DNA of 64,000 nt from Macrostomum hystrix. Lineage: Eukaryota; Animalia; Platyhelminthes. The stretch is taken from positions 5,890,001-5,954,000 of the forward strand of contig CATNEN010000025.1 of NCBI GenBank assembly GCA_950097015.1. The letters run 5' to 3'. Positions 63,701-64,000 of the stretch are shown in pieces. A program made the position numbers and the translations under genes. The notes under the pieces are model-generated. The model did no database searches. It worked only from the letters and a program-made list of their open reading frames with translations, and was not told the origin of the DNA. Every line of letters begins with the position of its first letter. The stretch's first letter is position 1.

Positions 63701-64000
63701 GACACCGGCAGCACAGTCGGCGGCCTCGAAGGTCACAGCCACGACGCCCCGATGTCGCTAGAGGCCGGCCAGACCTACTCGGTGTCAACCGTCGACCAGG
63801 CCGCAGCCGCCAAGCCGACAGCCGCTACTGAAGCTGCAGCCACAGCCGAGAAGGTCTACGACGAGGACATCGGCTTCAGCTCCGGCCTGACGCAGCACCC
63901 GCCTGTCAGCATCCGCCAGCTGCTCCACCATCCGAAGCTTTGCCTGCGCGGCCCAGTGCGGCTGTGCATGTTCGTCATGCTGAGCGACGCTCTGCACAAT
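60790..64000 (+). CDS. LIV-1 subfamily ZIP (SLC39) metal transporter, 5' part; exons 60790..60934, 61751..61875, 63143..~63329, ~63423..>64000
   Basis: Signal peptide MATLTCLLVYLLAGICLPSGVTA; ectodomain QFESLLTDLRIG and C...FGSLAVALLQQQLAGRC (PAL-like); TM1 YIYGTVSVTIISLLS; TM2 LAVGSLVGESLLHLLP; His-containing loop; TM4 start MLSDALHN at the window end. The exon 3/4 junction is tentative. Confidence 0.88.
60975..61275. repeat. Degenerate ~35-40-bp repeat in ZIP intron 1
   Basis: Recurrent atatcgatcggttt ... ggaattcctta. Confidence 0.75.

Overview
Eukaryotic (metazoan) genomic DNA: GC-rich exons separated by GT-AG introns, many filled with unrelated minisatellites. This style suggests a Macrostomum-like flatworm, which is inference only. 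Intact spliced genes reconstructed by hand: Distal-less/Dlx (minus, 4 coding exons), cohesin SMC1 (plus, 13 exons, 1243 aa), a divergent Rheb-like GTPase ending in CCVC (minus, 3 exons), Iroquois/Irx (minus, 4 exons), a 277-aa two-exon orphan gene (plus), and the 5' part of a LIV-1-type ZIP metal transporter running off the window end. Also present: a frameshifted, intron-containing PIGW/GWT1 pseudogene invisible to the ORF track; a 5'-truncated RT+RNase H LINE with a 15-bp TSD, whose RT is split by an 877-bp solo LTR with a 5-bp TSD; a foldback/MITE-like element; two tRNA-derived SINE-like sequences; and about 30 tandem arrays. No CRISPR array, rRNA or convincing tRNA. I found no clearly new multi-gene system; the best leads are the atypical Rheb, the orphan gene, the PIGW pseudogene, the nested TEs and the Dlx-Irx linkage.
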